A stretch of DNA of 63,371 nt, counting the filler, from Welwitschia mirabilis (taxonomy: Eukaryota), in the NCBI GenBank assembly GCA_051453625.1. It is 7 parts of one record of this genome, joined end to end, with 100 filler letters (N's around TTAATTAATTAA, not from the genome) between each part and the next. Parts side by side here need not be neighbours in the genome. Positions count along the whole stretch, not along the records: positions 48,952 to 57,215 come from JBOZIK010000001.1; positions 57,316 to 60,065 come from JBOZIK010000001.1; positions 60,166 to 62,136 come from JBOZIK010000001.1; positions 62,237 to 63,371 come from JBOZIK010000001.1; 3 more parts are not named here. One strand, 5' to 3'. The notes beneath the pieces were generated by a model, which had not been told where the DNA came from, ran no database searches, and saw only the letters and a list, made by a program, of their open reading frames with translations. A program made the translations under genes and the position numbers. Of this stretch, positions 51,901-63,371 are shown piece by piece. Position 1 is the first letter of the stretch. Each line of letters begins with the position of its first letter.

Positions 51901-53470
51901 AGGGATTTATTTGAATTTTCATTCTTTTTCTATGATTTATATGTCGCTTTCTATTTTTCAAATCTAGTAGTTACTACTTTACTTGTCATCTCTCTAAGAT
52001 TTGAATGGGATTAAGTAGGAATTTTTTCTTCTTTCTTTTCCATTTCTGATTTTTCTCTTTTGTATTTTGAGTCTCTATTTTGTTAATTTCTATAATAATC
52101 ATATTTCTCTTACCTCTTTGAGTTTACATATCTTTGTAAAGGTCTTTCTACTTTTCTTTTTATTTTTGATTTTGGTAAGCATATGATTTTATTCTAGTTT
52201 GAGGTTAATAGCCAGAATTAAAATTTAATCTATTTATATCTAACCACTAAACAAATTCTTGCATCCAAGGGAATTCTATCTTATCATGATTATTTTCTCC
52301 ATAGTGTTCATATGTAGATCCTTCTTCTTCTTTAAAATTTTAGACAACTAACTTATCAAACTTTTCTACCATACTATTAGTCATAATTTTAGCTACTTCT
52401 TCTATAATACTAATATGTTTTGAGCTATATACATTGCCTTTTATTTTTGAGGTGCACACTTCATTTATTTTCTTCTTCTTCTCATTTTCTTGACTCCATA
52501 CTTGACTCATATTATAGAATTACATAATGGCTTCTTTCACTTTATAAACATTCTTAGTTTTAATTCTTTCTCTACATAATAAGTCTAATTCCTTCAAAGT
52601 TTCATCTATAATTCTCTAAGTAAGGTTTAACTCATTTTATAGCTATGATTCCATGGTTAAGACATTTGGCTAATAATATGTTGTACCTATCCATGAACTC
52701 ATCAAACCTTTTATTATCTCTTTGTTTAATTTTCAAGATTTATTTTGTTAAATCTTCAACCATTCTCATGGGTTAAAATTTAGCAAGGGAAGTACTTTTA
52801 AGGGTTTCCCATGAACTAAAAACATTATTAGGATTCTTATGATACCATAATTGAGAATCCCCTTTTAGAGAAAAAGGAAAATATTTGAGATAGTCAGATT
52901 CTGTGTTAAGATAATTAGCTTTGTAAAAATCATTAAATACGCTTAGGTGTAATAGAAGTTCTTATGATCCTTTTTTTTTAAAAGTGGGTATTATGGTATT
53001 ATTTATATTTCTTATTTTATTTGGCCATTGTAGTGCTGTAGGGTTGATAAGATTTAAATCATTTATCTAGTGAGTATCATGATTTATAGGTCTTGAATCT
53101 CCATCATCTTCATAATAATACCCTATTATTATTTTCTTTTCAAGCTTTTTAACTTAAAATTTTTAAGAAGATTATCTTGATGGTCTACATGATGCTAGAA
53201 TGCTATGCATTCATTGCTAAAATTCACTCATTATTTTAGAAACATTTGGTCTCTTAACATCCTTTCTAAAGTTACATTGTCTTCCATAAAATCATCGTCT
53301 TCTACTTTTAATTTAACAACATCTTTGGTTTGTTCATTTAAAACATATTTCTTTGGATTTCTAACATACTTGTCTTTTTCATCTCACCATCTTCCATTAC
53401 TATCTTATTGCATGATACTTTGCATCATCATCACTAGTTGGCTTTAGAGCTGCCCTCCTTCTAGTGCCAA
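48952..53470 (-). mobile_element. Second decayed Ty3/gypsy element (Athila-like): INT, RH, RT, PR, gag, PBS
   Basis: Integrase zinc region (IRRCI...EAHEGKRGGHYGAKRT), RH (TDASKHAM-like), RT (LDGYS.., VFMDDF), PR (DFDASINVM), gag (YFPFSLKG..LWY). PBS-like TGGCACTAGAAGGAGGG on minus at 53453-53469. Confidence 0.82.
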
Positions 53471-54949
53471 AATCATGGGTGGATTATGTTATAAAATAAA
53501 TGTAGAAAGTATCACAAAATATTACTAGAAAATATAAAAAATGCTAGAAAAGTATAGAAATTATGCTAATATTGACCTGGAATAATCATAGATCCTTAAA
53601 ATAAAAATCTATGAAGGCTTNNNNNNNNNNAATTCATCATCACAATAGTCTTGTGATGAAGTTACTTGAACTAGGCAGGTTATTTATTAAAATCAAACTA
53701 CTATGTACATATAATAAATCAAGAGAGAATAGAGAAAGAAATAAAACATAATTAAAGTTGAGTGATCTACTAGTTAATACTTATTTCTAAGCACCAAAAT
53801 TATCCTAGTTTATGTTTAGCTATACAAACAGGAGTGGGATAGAAGTAATATTACTTTTTCAAGTAATAAAATATGCACATAATGATATTCAAATGCTTTT
53901 CAATTATTATATTAAACCAATTATACATAAAGATGAGCTAACAAATGTGTTTTCTTTTTTAGGTAATACTATGAAATACAGGAAAGTGTTGCTGACACCT
54001 TTGTAGATGACCTAGAGTTTCTTTACATGATCTCTTTGCCTTGTTTATTACTAGAACTTATGTGACAAAAAGATTCCCACCCTTGGTGGGGATCACATTT
54101 TTATACCCTATTTAGTTTTTAGTTTCCTTTTTTTGCTCCTTAGGAATAGGCAAGTGATTGAGGTTGTTATGCTGATTTTCTCTTCAACTTTTCTCTCATC
54201 TTCATTCCACTTGGCATCCTATACTTGAAACATAATAATGAAATAGATATACTAATCTACTAACATACTAACTACTAACCTATTTATTATTAGGCATAAA
54301 GATAATTAAAAACATATACTTGTTAATGAAATATATAATTAAGATTAGGAAAAACATTTCATTAGTAAGTAAATTATTACATAATGTTTAGCTTCATTAA
54401 AACCCATCTTGCATAGTTTAACTGTTAAATAAAATAGACTAAATATTAAGGATTTTATAATTCAATTATTACCCTACTTTTATAACTTAGAATAAAAAAA
54501 AATCCTTACTTGCAACTCAAGAAATTCAAGTATGTGCTTTCTATCCTATTGCAATACCCCAACATCTATGACACCATGAGACTTGTTATTTTCTTGTTTA
54601 TTCTAAAGAAAGAAGCTAAACCATGGCTATACACCCTTAAACCCCATCAATTAGAACATGAGTTAATTTAAATAAATAATTGATTTTAAGATTTTTTCCA
54701 AATTATAAAATTAATTCTTTAAGGCAAGCAATTTATGAATTATTACAAAAGAATCATGAAACTTTCTCTTAAACCTTAAAGAATTTTAAGTATTTTCTTC
54801 AAAGATTTTCATAATATAGATTCAAGCTAGGTAGAAAAATCAGTTCTTTTATGATGGATTATCAACTACTAATAAGTAATTCATTATGATGATAAGTAGA
54901 GGTAGTTTCCTAAGTTTTCCACTATAAGAAGTTTGGGATTACATTGAAA

Positions 54950-55850
54950 CTAATAAACTCCTCATAAGTTCATAGATAAATTTAAAAGAAATTAGATTCA
55001 TAAAAATATTAGACCCCAAACAAATCAAAGAAACTAGGACCATTTATCTTGGGAGTGGGAAAGAGTTGAGTAAATAATTTAAGCAAAATATAACCAAAGA
55101 AGAAACCGTTCTCAAAGAAAACAACAAGAAGGATGAAATATTAGAAGAATATTTATGTATTTATCAAGAACCTCTACCATTTTCATAATATCTTAAGACA
55201 AAAACATTGAAAAGAAATAATTAGAATTCATTGAGGTTTTCAAAAAGATTAAAATCAACATGTCACTGTTACATGTGATTAAATAAATTCTCTCTTATAC
55301 AAATTTCTTGAAAGATAGGTATACTACTAAGAAATGGATACATATTAAGGAAAAACACCTTTTTAGCCTAGAAAATAAGTGTAATAATACAAGATCAAAT
55401 ACAAGTACAAGGATCCTAGTTGTTCCATAGCCACTATCACAATTGGAGGTAAACATCTTAAGTAAGCCTTGTTAAATCTAGGAGCAAGCATGAATCTTTT
55501 ACCCCATTTGGTTTATAAGTAATTTCATCTTAATAATTTTAAAAAGACAAAAACCCAATTGTATCTAGTAGATAATTTATTGAAATCACCATTAAAGAAT
55601 GGTTAAAGATATAATTATGCAAATATATAATTGCTACTTTCTAGTAGATTTCATTATGTTAGAAACAAATACAATAAAGTACAATTTAGTTTTAATCATT
55701 TTAGGCGTATCTTTTCTAGCAACATTAAATTATCTTATTAATTATAAAAATGTTACATAAAAATTTCTTTTGGTAACTTACCAATGGATCTGAATATTTT
55801 TAACACTATGGAATTACTAGAGAATAATAATAATCTGATTTTGTCTATGA
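54950..55850 (+). mobile_element. Third decayed gypsy gag/protease remnant (Athila-like)
   Basis: LLNLGASMNLLP, VDFIML and IILGVSFLAT remnants (compare LDLGASVNLxP, PVDFxVL, IILGRPFLAT), riddled with stops. Confidence 0.7.
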
Positions 55851-56774
55851 ACTTCATGATCTTAATCCTTCTATTTTTGAATTAAACACTTATTATTCTT
55901 ATAATTAAGTCAATGCTTTTGAATTTCATTTTAAAAACTTATTAAAAAAGCATAGAAATGCAATAGAATAAATCACATTTAACTTTGAAAATTTACAATC
56001 TTCTAATTGCACCCCTTATGACCATTCAAAATTCTTACATGAATATTTTGAGTCAATTCATAAAAATGATATCCATGCTATACATTTTTTAAATAATTAA
56101 GATTTTAAGCCTCATAATCATAATATTTTTGAGACTTCCACTTTTTATCCATTTGAAAAACCCCCTTACAATAGTACTTCCCAAAATGCAATTAGTTCAT
56201 TAACCCCCAAGGATGTTTTTCTCATAAAAAACCATAAGCATCATTACCTATTCAAACCATTTCACACATCCACTTCATTTTTTGATCATCTTATTAAGTA
56301 CACAAATCATCTACTATTACCATTCATCCATGAGTTCATAACACTTGATGATTCTGGTTAATGGCCCTTAATGAACAAACCATGAATAAGTAATTACCTT
56401 ATCATTATAAGTTAGGTAGAATTTAAGTTTACTTATATCTTTTAATAAAAGGTTTTACTTATTTTTGAGTTATCTTGTCAAAGTTAGTTTCACTTAAGAT
56501 CTTCAAATTTAAAAAATATGTTTCAAAAAGGTAGAATAGACTTTCATATTATGTTTTATATTTTCAAGCACTTTATAGGAACAAGAGTTTTCTTGATTAG
56601 GATAATACCCATTTTATGTACATGAAAATATTGAATATGAGAAGTACGGATTCAAAAAAAAAAAATCTTCTCTAAAAGAATGCTATATTTTAATCAATTA
56701 AATTATATTTACTTAACTACATCAGGGCTATGGACACTTGTCGGAAATGCAATTCTAATGATCTATTCATGACA

Positions 56775-57215
56775 TGTTCTAATAGGATCGAGAACCCTAG
56801 AAGGGTGGAGTGAATAGGTTCTTAAAAATTATAATAGAGTATTCTAAACAAATCAAAGATGTATCAAAAACTTACATAGAATAATTTGGTAATTTAAAAC
56901 ATGCATAGAAAAAAAGCTAATAGAAGTAAAGAAATAAAGTAACTTAAAGCACAAAATACCAAATAGATGCACACAAGATTTATAGTGGTTTAGGAAAATC
57001 CCTACTCTACTCTTGATAATCAGCTTATGACCAAGCTTAATTTGTATCTTTATTACTTCACTAGGTATTCCAGATTCACCTATAACATTTACAAATGGGC
57101 TTTTTTAGGCTTAGTCTCAACCTTTGGATGGACTTTTCTAGGATTAATCTGAACCTTTGAACAGATTTTTTTAGGATTAATTTTAACTTTTGAATAAAAT
57201 TTTTCAGGCTTAGTC
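56775..57215 (-). mobile_element. SIRE-type LTR end (reverse orientation), truncated at assembly join
   Basis: Starts TG. CTAGAAGGGTGGAGTGAAT is the reverse complement of the SIRE ATTCACCCCCCTCTAG terminal motif. About 33-bp imperfect repeats at 57101-57215. Confidence 0.6.
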
Positions 57216-57315
57216 NNNNNNNNNNNNNNNNNNNNNNNNNNNNNNNNNNNNNNNNNNNNTTAATTAATTAANNNNNNNNNNNNNNNNNNNNNNNNNNNNN
57301 NNNNNNNNNNNNNNN

Positions 57316-60065
57316 TTTTATAAACCGAACCAAATACATTCAAGAAATGCTAGAGAGATATGAGATGAACAATGTCAAAGATACTAAAACCCTGCTCTCT
57401 ACAAACATCAAATTAGGGAAAGATGACAATGGTAACGAGATTGATCAGAAGCTATATCGAGGAATTATTGGTAGCCTCTTGTATGTCATAGCTAGTAGGC
57501 CCAATATAGCACACAGTGTACGAGTTTGTGCTCGTTATCAAGCTAACCCGAAGGAATCTCATCTGACTTGCACGAAAAGGATTTTAAGATACTTAAAATC
57601 AACACAGCATTATGGTCTTTGTTATCCTTTTGACACCTCTATAGAATTAGCCAGGTATAGTGACGCCGACTGGGCTGGTTATGTAGATGATTGCAAGAGT
57701 ACCAATGGGGCATGTTTCTATATGGTAAAATTGCTTAGTATCTTGGCTTAGTCGAAAACAAAACTCTACCTCTCTATCGACTGCAAAAGCCGAGTACATT
57801 GTTGTAGGAGCTTGTTGTGCTCAACAATTGTGGATGAAGCAAATGTTGAATGACTTTGGGGTCAAACTAGAAAATATCAAACTCTATTGTGACAACACTA
57901 GTGCTATAAACATAACTAAAGATCCAGTCCAACACTCACATACCAAACACATAGACATAAGACACCACTTTATTCGAGAACAAGTTCAGAATCATATCAT
58001 CGATCTCAAACACATTAGCAGTGAAGACCAAATTACTGACATTATGACAAAAAGCCTATCTAAAAAAAGATTCACAACTCTTAAAAAACACTTAGGTGTT
58101 GGGGTTTGCCCCAATCGTTAATAATTTTCGCCATCTCGCCCATAAAAATTGATCCTACCTTTGTCATCAAATCTTATTTCTTGATTATCGTCTATGTTGA
58201 TCAAAATTTGCTTTAATCTGGGTTTTTCTAAGCTAAACTTGTTATATCCTTATGCCCGACCGTCCCACTGCATTTTCTCAAACGTCCGACCATTACGAAT
58301 TTGAAAATTGTCTATCTCTTTAAAACTGGTATGTCTCATTACTGTTCATTAGATATCATTCATCTGTTTTTGACAAAAACGGAGTTTTTAAAAAACCCGA
58401 ACGTCCTGATTCATTACCTCGGACATCCAGCTACCAGAACCGCGGAAGCCCTCGATTTTGTCTGCTTTAAAATCCTTTCTTAAGCTCATTTTTTCATTGT
58501 TTCTTTCATTGCTCTCTCCTTCATTTCTCTGCCTTGTCTCCTTCTTGTGAGTTCCATTTGCATCTTTCATCATGGTTCGTTCTAAGCTAGCTTCCAGGAA
58601 GGGTAAAAAACCTGCTTCAGAATCAGAATGGTTCATTTCACCTGATCATCGCGGGCAGTGGATTAGTGGGTTTCTAAGCAACCCATAGCTCCAAAGCGCA
58701 AAATTAACTTTCAGTCTTTTAAGAGGGAAGTCAAGATTGACCATCTGTTCTTTGAGCAAGGGTGGCAATATGCATTGGATCCAGACACCAAAGCAATTGC
58801 CAGATTAGTAAGGCTCTTCTACTGTAATGGTTCATTTAATTCTGATGAATGGTTGTTTAGATCCAAAGTTCTTGCCTTCTTGGGAAAGACATAGGAATAG
58901 ATTTGGAACAAATTTCTTTACTTACCAGTTTTCCAAATGATTGTCTCTTTCATGAAATCTCTTCAATAAATTCTATCAGAGAATTTATGTCTATAGAAGT
59001 GCTTACTCAAGAACTATGTGATAGAGATATAGTTTGGCATCCTAACCTTCCTACAAATCAGCTGAAGCCATTATATAGAGTACTCTTTCAGATTTCCACA
59101 CGCACAATTTGGTTCTGAAATTAGGTCACAAGCATGAGGTATCAACCTTGTGTGCATATATTTTATTTTGCCTTGGCACTAATGTATGGATAAATCTCTA
59201 TAATTCATCATGTCTTATATCAGTCATTTCTTCATAGCTGGATACTCAAGTTTAACTTTTGGAGGTTTGATAACCGCTCTTCTGGAAAATCATCAGGTTA
59301 TAGTTCACAAAGATGAAGAGTTGGTTAAAATCCCAAAGCCTCTTGGTCTGTATTCCTTAAAGAAAATGAACATATTCGCAAAATCAAAAATTTTTCCTAC
59401 CCCACCACCAAAACAAGCATGTGTAGAAAAAGGCACAAGTACTCAATCTAGTCTAGTTTCAAATGAAGATCTTATAAAGGCAGTTTTGGAAGTTAAACAA
59501 ATAGCAAAACAAGCCAAAGAGGTGGGATTACAAGCAAAGAGCATAGCAGAGAGGATCCACTGAAAGATGAAACGTATTGTTTTTAGATTATCTACCTATG
59601 GATTAGAAATCGCACTAGGATCCAGGATCAGAGGAAGAAGAAGGTGATTAGCACTAGTCACATTCGAAACATTCTTCTGATTAGCTCTTCTCTCTTCTTC
59701 TTATATCTTTTTGTATCAGCTCTGTTCTTTTTCCAAACTTCTTGTATTATCCATTGTACTTACACCTTTTGTACTATCAATCATATAATACAAAAGCACT
59801 TTCTGTGTCCAAACTCTTGTCTTTTTCTACTGCATTTTTTTACTTTTAATGATAACAAAGGGGAAGAAAAGATAAAAGATAAAATAATCTAACCTTATTT
59901 AATAACATGTAAAGATGTCTATTTTTTATGAATTTTACTTCAAATGGTCCGTTACCTGTTTCAATTCATGAGAATTTAACTTCTTAATAGATCTGCTTTT
60001 GTTTTACACTAAACTTGCTTAATTCAATGATATTTATCTTGATCTAATGAAACAAGGAGATAGTG
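57316..60065 (+). mobile_element. SIRE/Sirevirus fragment: RT C-term/RNase H, env-like ORF and PPT
   Basis: [48 protein letters not shown] ending at 58121. Extra ORF from ATG 58572 (MVRSKLASRKGKKP) to about 59563 with stops and frameshifts. PPT-like AAAGGGGAAGAA near 59857. Bounded by assembly spacers. Confidence 0.88.
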
Positions 60066-60165
60066 NNNNNNNNNNNNNNNNNNNNNNNNNNNNNNNNNNN
60101 NNNNNNNNNTTAATTAATTAANNNNNNNNNNNNNNNNNNNNNNNNNNNNNNNNNNNNNNNNNNNN

Positions 60166-62136
60166 TTTGTAATGATCTTTATCATTTTATTCAACTCATT
60201 GATTCTCTTAGTGAGCTTCTCACACTCTTCATATAGTTCTTGACATGTGTCTTCTAGCTCATCTTTTTCTTCATCAATCATATCTAAATCATCCGGTATT
60301 AAAGTACTAGATATATTTTTGAGTGATGGTACTAGAGCTATGAAAGATAATCTCATATCTCTGTCTGATCCATGATCTAAGTAGTTATTCTCATCTTCAT
60401 CATCTTCATTATTCCAAGTTGTCATGAATGAAGAGTTTCTAGACTTCTTGTTTTCTTTCTTCATGTTGGAACACTCGTTGGCCATATTTCCAAATCCTTT
60501 GCATGAATAACTCTTGATTTCCTTTCCTTTTCTTGCTTCTTTCTTTGTTTTGGATTTCTTCTTCTTAAAATCCTACTTGATTCTCCTTTCTTTTTCCTAT
60601 AAAAAAACTTTTTGAATTACCTAGCTAAAAGAGCCACTTCATCATCATCAAGTTCTTCATCTGACCTGTCTGATCTGTAGTTCTTTTACACACATTTCAA
60701 AGCAATACCTTTTCTTCTATCTTTAGTGAATTTAAGCATAGATTTGAAGATTACCTTGAAGTTCTTCCAATGCCATGATGTTGATATTTTTGCTTTCTTC
60801 TATGGCTGTCACCTTTAGTTCGAATCTCTTGGATAGGAATATTTGAACTTTTCTTATTACTTTTCTTTCCTCCATNNNNNNNNNNNNNNNNNNNNNNNNN
60901 NNNNNNNNNNNNNNNNNNNNNNNNNNNNNNNNNNNNNNNNNNNNNNNNNNNNNNNNNNNNNNNNNNNNNNNNNNNNNNNNNNNNNNNNNNNNNNNNNNNN
61001 NNNNNNNNNNNNNNNNNNNNNNNNNNNNNNNNNNNNNNNNNNNNNNNNNNNNNNNNNNNNNNNNNNNNNNNNNNNNNNNNNNNNNNNNNNNNNNNNNNNN
61101 NNNNNNNNNNNNNNNNNNNNNNNNNNNNNNNNNNNNNNNNNNNNNNNNNNNNNNNNNNNNNNNNNNNNNNNNNNNNNNNNNNNNNNNNNNNNNNNNNNNN
61201 NNNNNNNNNNNNNNNNNNNNNNNNNNNNNNNNNNNNNNNNNNNNNNNNNNNNNNNNNNNNNNNNNNNNNNNNNNNNNNNNNNNNNNNNNNNNNNNNNNNN
61301 NNNNNNNNNNNNNNNNNNNNNNNNNNNNNNNNNNNNNNNNNNNNNNNNNNNNNNNNNNNNNNNNNNNNNNNNNNNNNNNNNNNNNNNNNNNNNNNNNNNN
61401 NNNNNNNNNNNNNNNNNNNNNNNNNNNNNNNNNNNNNNNNNNNNNNNNNNNNNNNNNNNNNNNNNNNNNNNNNNNNNNNNNNNNNNNNNNNNNNNNNNNN
61501 NNNNNNNNNNNNNNNNNNNNNNNNNNNNNNNNNNNNNNNNNNNNNNNNNNNNNNNNNNNNNNNNNNNNNNNNNNNNNNNNNNNNNNNNNNNNNNNNNNNN
61601 NNNNNNNNNNNNNNNNNNNNNNNNNNNNNNNNNNNNNNNNNNNNNNNNNNNNNNNNNNNNNNNNNNNNNNNNTCTTTTCTCGTGTTGGGACATTTGTTGG
61701 CCATATGTCCAAATCCTTGTGTGAATAGCATAGGATTTCCTTTTACTTTTCTTGCTCCTTTCTTTGTTTTGGGCTGCTTCTCTTTGAAATCCTACTTGAT
61801 TCTCCTTCTTTTTTCCTATAAAGATACTTTTTGAATCACCTGGCTAGAAGAGCCACTTCATTGTCATCAAGTTTTTCATATGACCTATTTGATCTATAGT
61901 CCTCCTGCACACATTTCAAAGTAATACCTTTTATTCTATCTTTAGTGAATTTAAGCTCATAAGTTTGAAGATTACCTTGAAGTTTTTCTAACGCCATGAC
62001 GTTGATGTTTTTGCTTTCTTCTATGGCTATCACCTTCGATTCGAATCTCTTGGGTAGGGACCTCAAAACTTTCCTTACCACTTTTCTTTCCTTCATGCAT
62101 TCTTTGAGGCTTGCCATTAAGTTCATTATATCTATA
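60166..62136 (-). mobile_element. SIRE gag fragments (two diverged copies separated by an N gap)
   Basis: KVLRSLPKRFESKVIAIEESK..LQGNLQTYE at 61836-62126, and a paralogous KRFELKVTAIEESK at 60732-60875. Each is followed by a zinc knuckle (CKGFGNMANEC / QGFGHMANKC). Confidence 0.85.
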
Positions 62137-63371
62137 NNNNNNNNNNNNNNNNNNNNNNNNNNNNNNNNNNNNNNNNNNNNTTAATTAATTAANNNNNNNN
62201 NNNNNNNNNNNNNNNNNNNNNNNNNNNNNNNNNNNNCCTAATAATGATGCATAACATAATGTAAAAATTCACAAAGTTCCACTCGAATAGGTAATAATTA
62301 TGATGATGTCAAGTATATCTAATGTTATCAAACAATGAATGATAAGATAAAAAGCTGTTAAAATAGGAACTCACAAGCTATTATCTCAAAACAATACTAG
62401 AATCTGAAAAAGTAAAGTAATCATGTGAAAGTACGATAAATAATGAAAAATGAGTTTAGAAAATAAGCAATGCCTCTGATGACACCAGGGACATTACTGA
62501 TCTCATAGCCTCTAAGTGCAATTTTATTCTACCATGATAAGGGAAATGCAACCACTGTCAGAAGAGTAAGGACCTGCAAAGCATGGCTAACTGACCCTAG
62601 TGGAATTCCCATAGCTACCATATCACACTACCAAAGCCCCTCTTAAGAATATTTGCCCCAGTGTGCTTGTGGTAGGACATTATAAGGGCCATGTTTTAAG
62701 ATATAACATGAAAGAGCATGGCCTTTATTTCTTTTCTTTTTTTTTTTTCTATTTTTTTTTTCTTTTTGAAAATGAATACCNNNNNNNNNNNNNNNNNNNN
62801 NNNNNNNNNNNAGTAAGGAGATAAATAACAAGGAAGATCATGCTAAAACAACTAATTACTCACACCATTGAAAGAAAACAAAAGAACCCAAGCATCTTCC
62901 TTCAAAATGAAGTTCATAGACATATGAATGTCTGAAGATTGGATAAAGCTAATCTTATCATTTAAAATGCCCAAGTAAAATATTTACTAATCAGGGTAAC
63001 TTCATAAAGTAAAACATCAATGAAATAAAAGATGTTCAAGTGATAGCATAATGTTTACCAAAAGAATCGGCTAAGGAAGAATTTAGATGAGGGCAAGAGG
63101 AAAATTCCAACACAACTGTTTCTATCATGTTTGATAGATATTTTAATGATTTTTAACCTTTTATCCATTAACTTATGAACTTTCCAAGTGTTTAGGTTGA
63201 AAGATTTAATGAAGCCATTTAAAGATGTACCTTTCCTGAAAGATAAGGACCTATTCATTGAGAAGTTCAACTAGTTGTGTAAAAAGTACACTCGGGCATT
63301 GTTTTTTCTAGAAAAATAATGGCCAATGGAGCCATTTAAAGATGTACCATTCATGAAAGATAATGACATAT

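Noticed and set aside
57101..57215. Regular ~33-bp repeats superficially like a CRISPR array
   Set aside because: Imperfect tandem units without unique spacers, inside a plant LTR, with no cas genes
63208..63364. Imperfect ~40-bp direct repeat about 117 bp apart at the window end
   Set aside because: Truncated by the window edge and probably retroelement non-coding sequence; insufficient evidence for more

Overview
AT-rich, gap-riddled plant nuclear genomic scaffold (not prokaryotic; no CRISPR, rRNA or tRNA genes seen). The one host gene I can reconstruct is a tRNA pseudouridine synthase PUS10 on the + strand. It has 15 coding exons from 466 to 37638, all GT-AG with consistent phase, totalling 1605 nt (534 aa + stop). 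Its proposed 75-nt first exon lies about 24 kb upstream of exon 2. That intron holds three nested LTR retrotransposons: a minus-strand Copia A (3859-20667) contains a plus-strand Copia B (7909-20181), which contains a SIRE-type Copia C (from 9011, ending in the gap before 16401). Both nested insertions hit the homologous E-G-(T/A) codons of the host gag within about 3 nt of each other. Downstream of the gene (41-63 kb) lie heavily decayed Athila-like Gypsy elements and SIRE fragments (pol, env-like ORF, gag). Six 100-bp N44-TTAATTAATTAA-N44 spacers are artificial assembly joins. I found no convincing wholly new biological system. The giant TE-filled first intron and the coincident nested insertion sites are the best leads.
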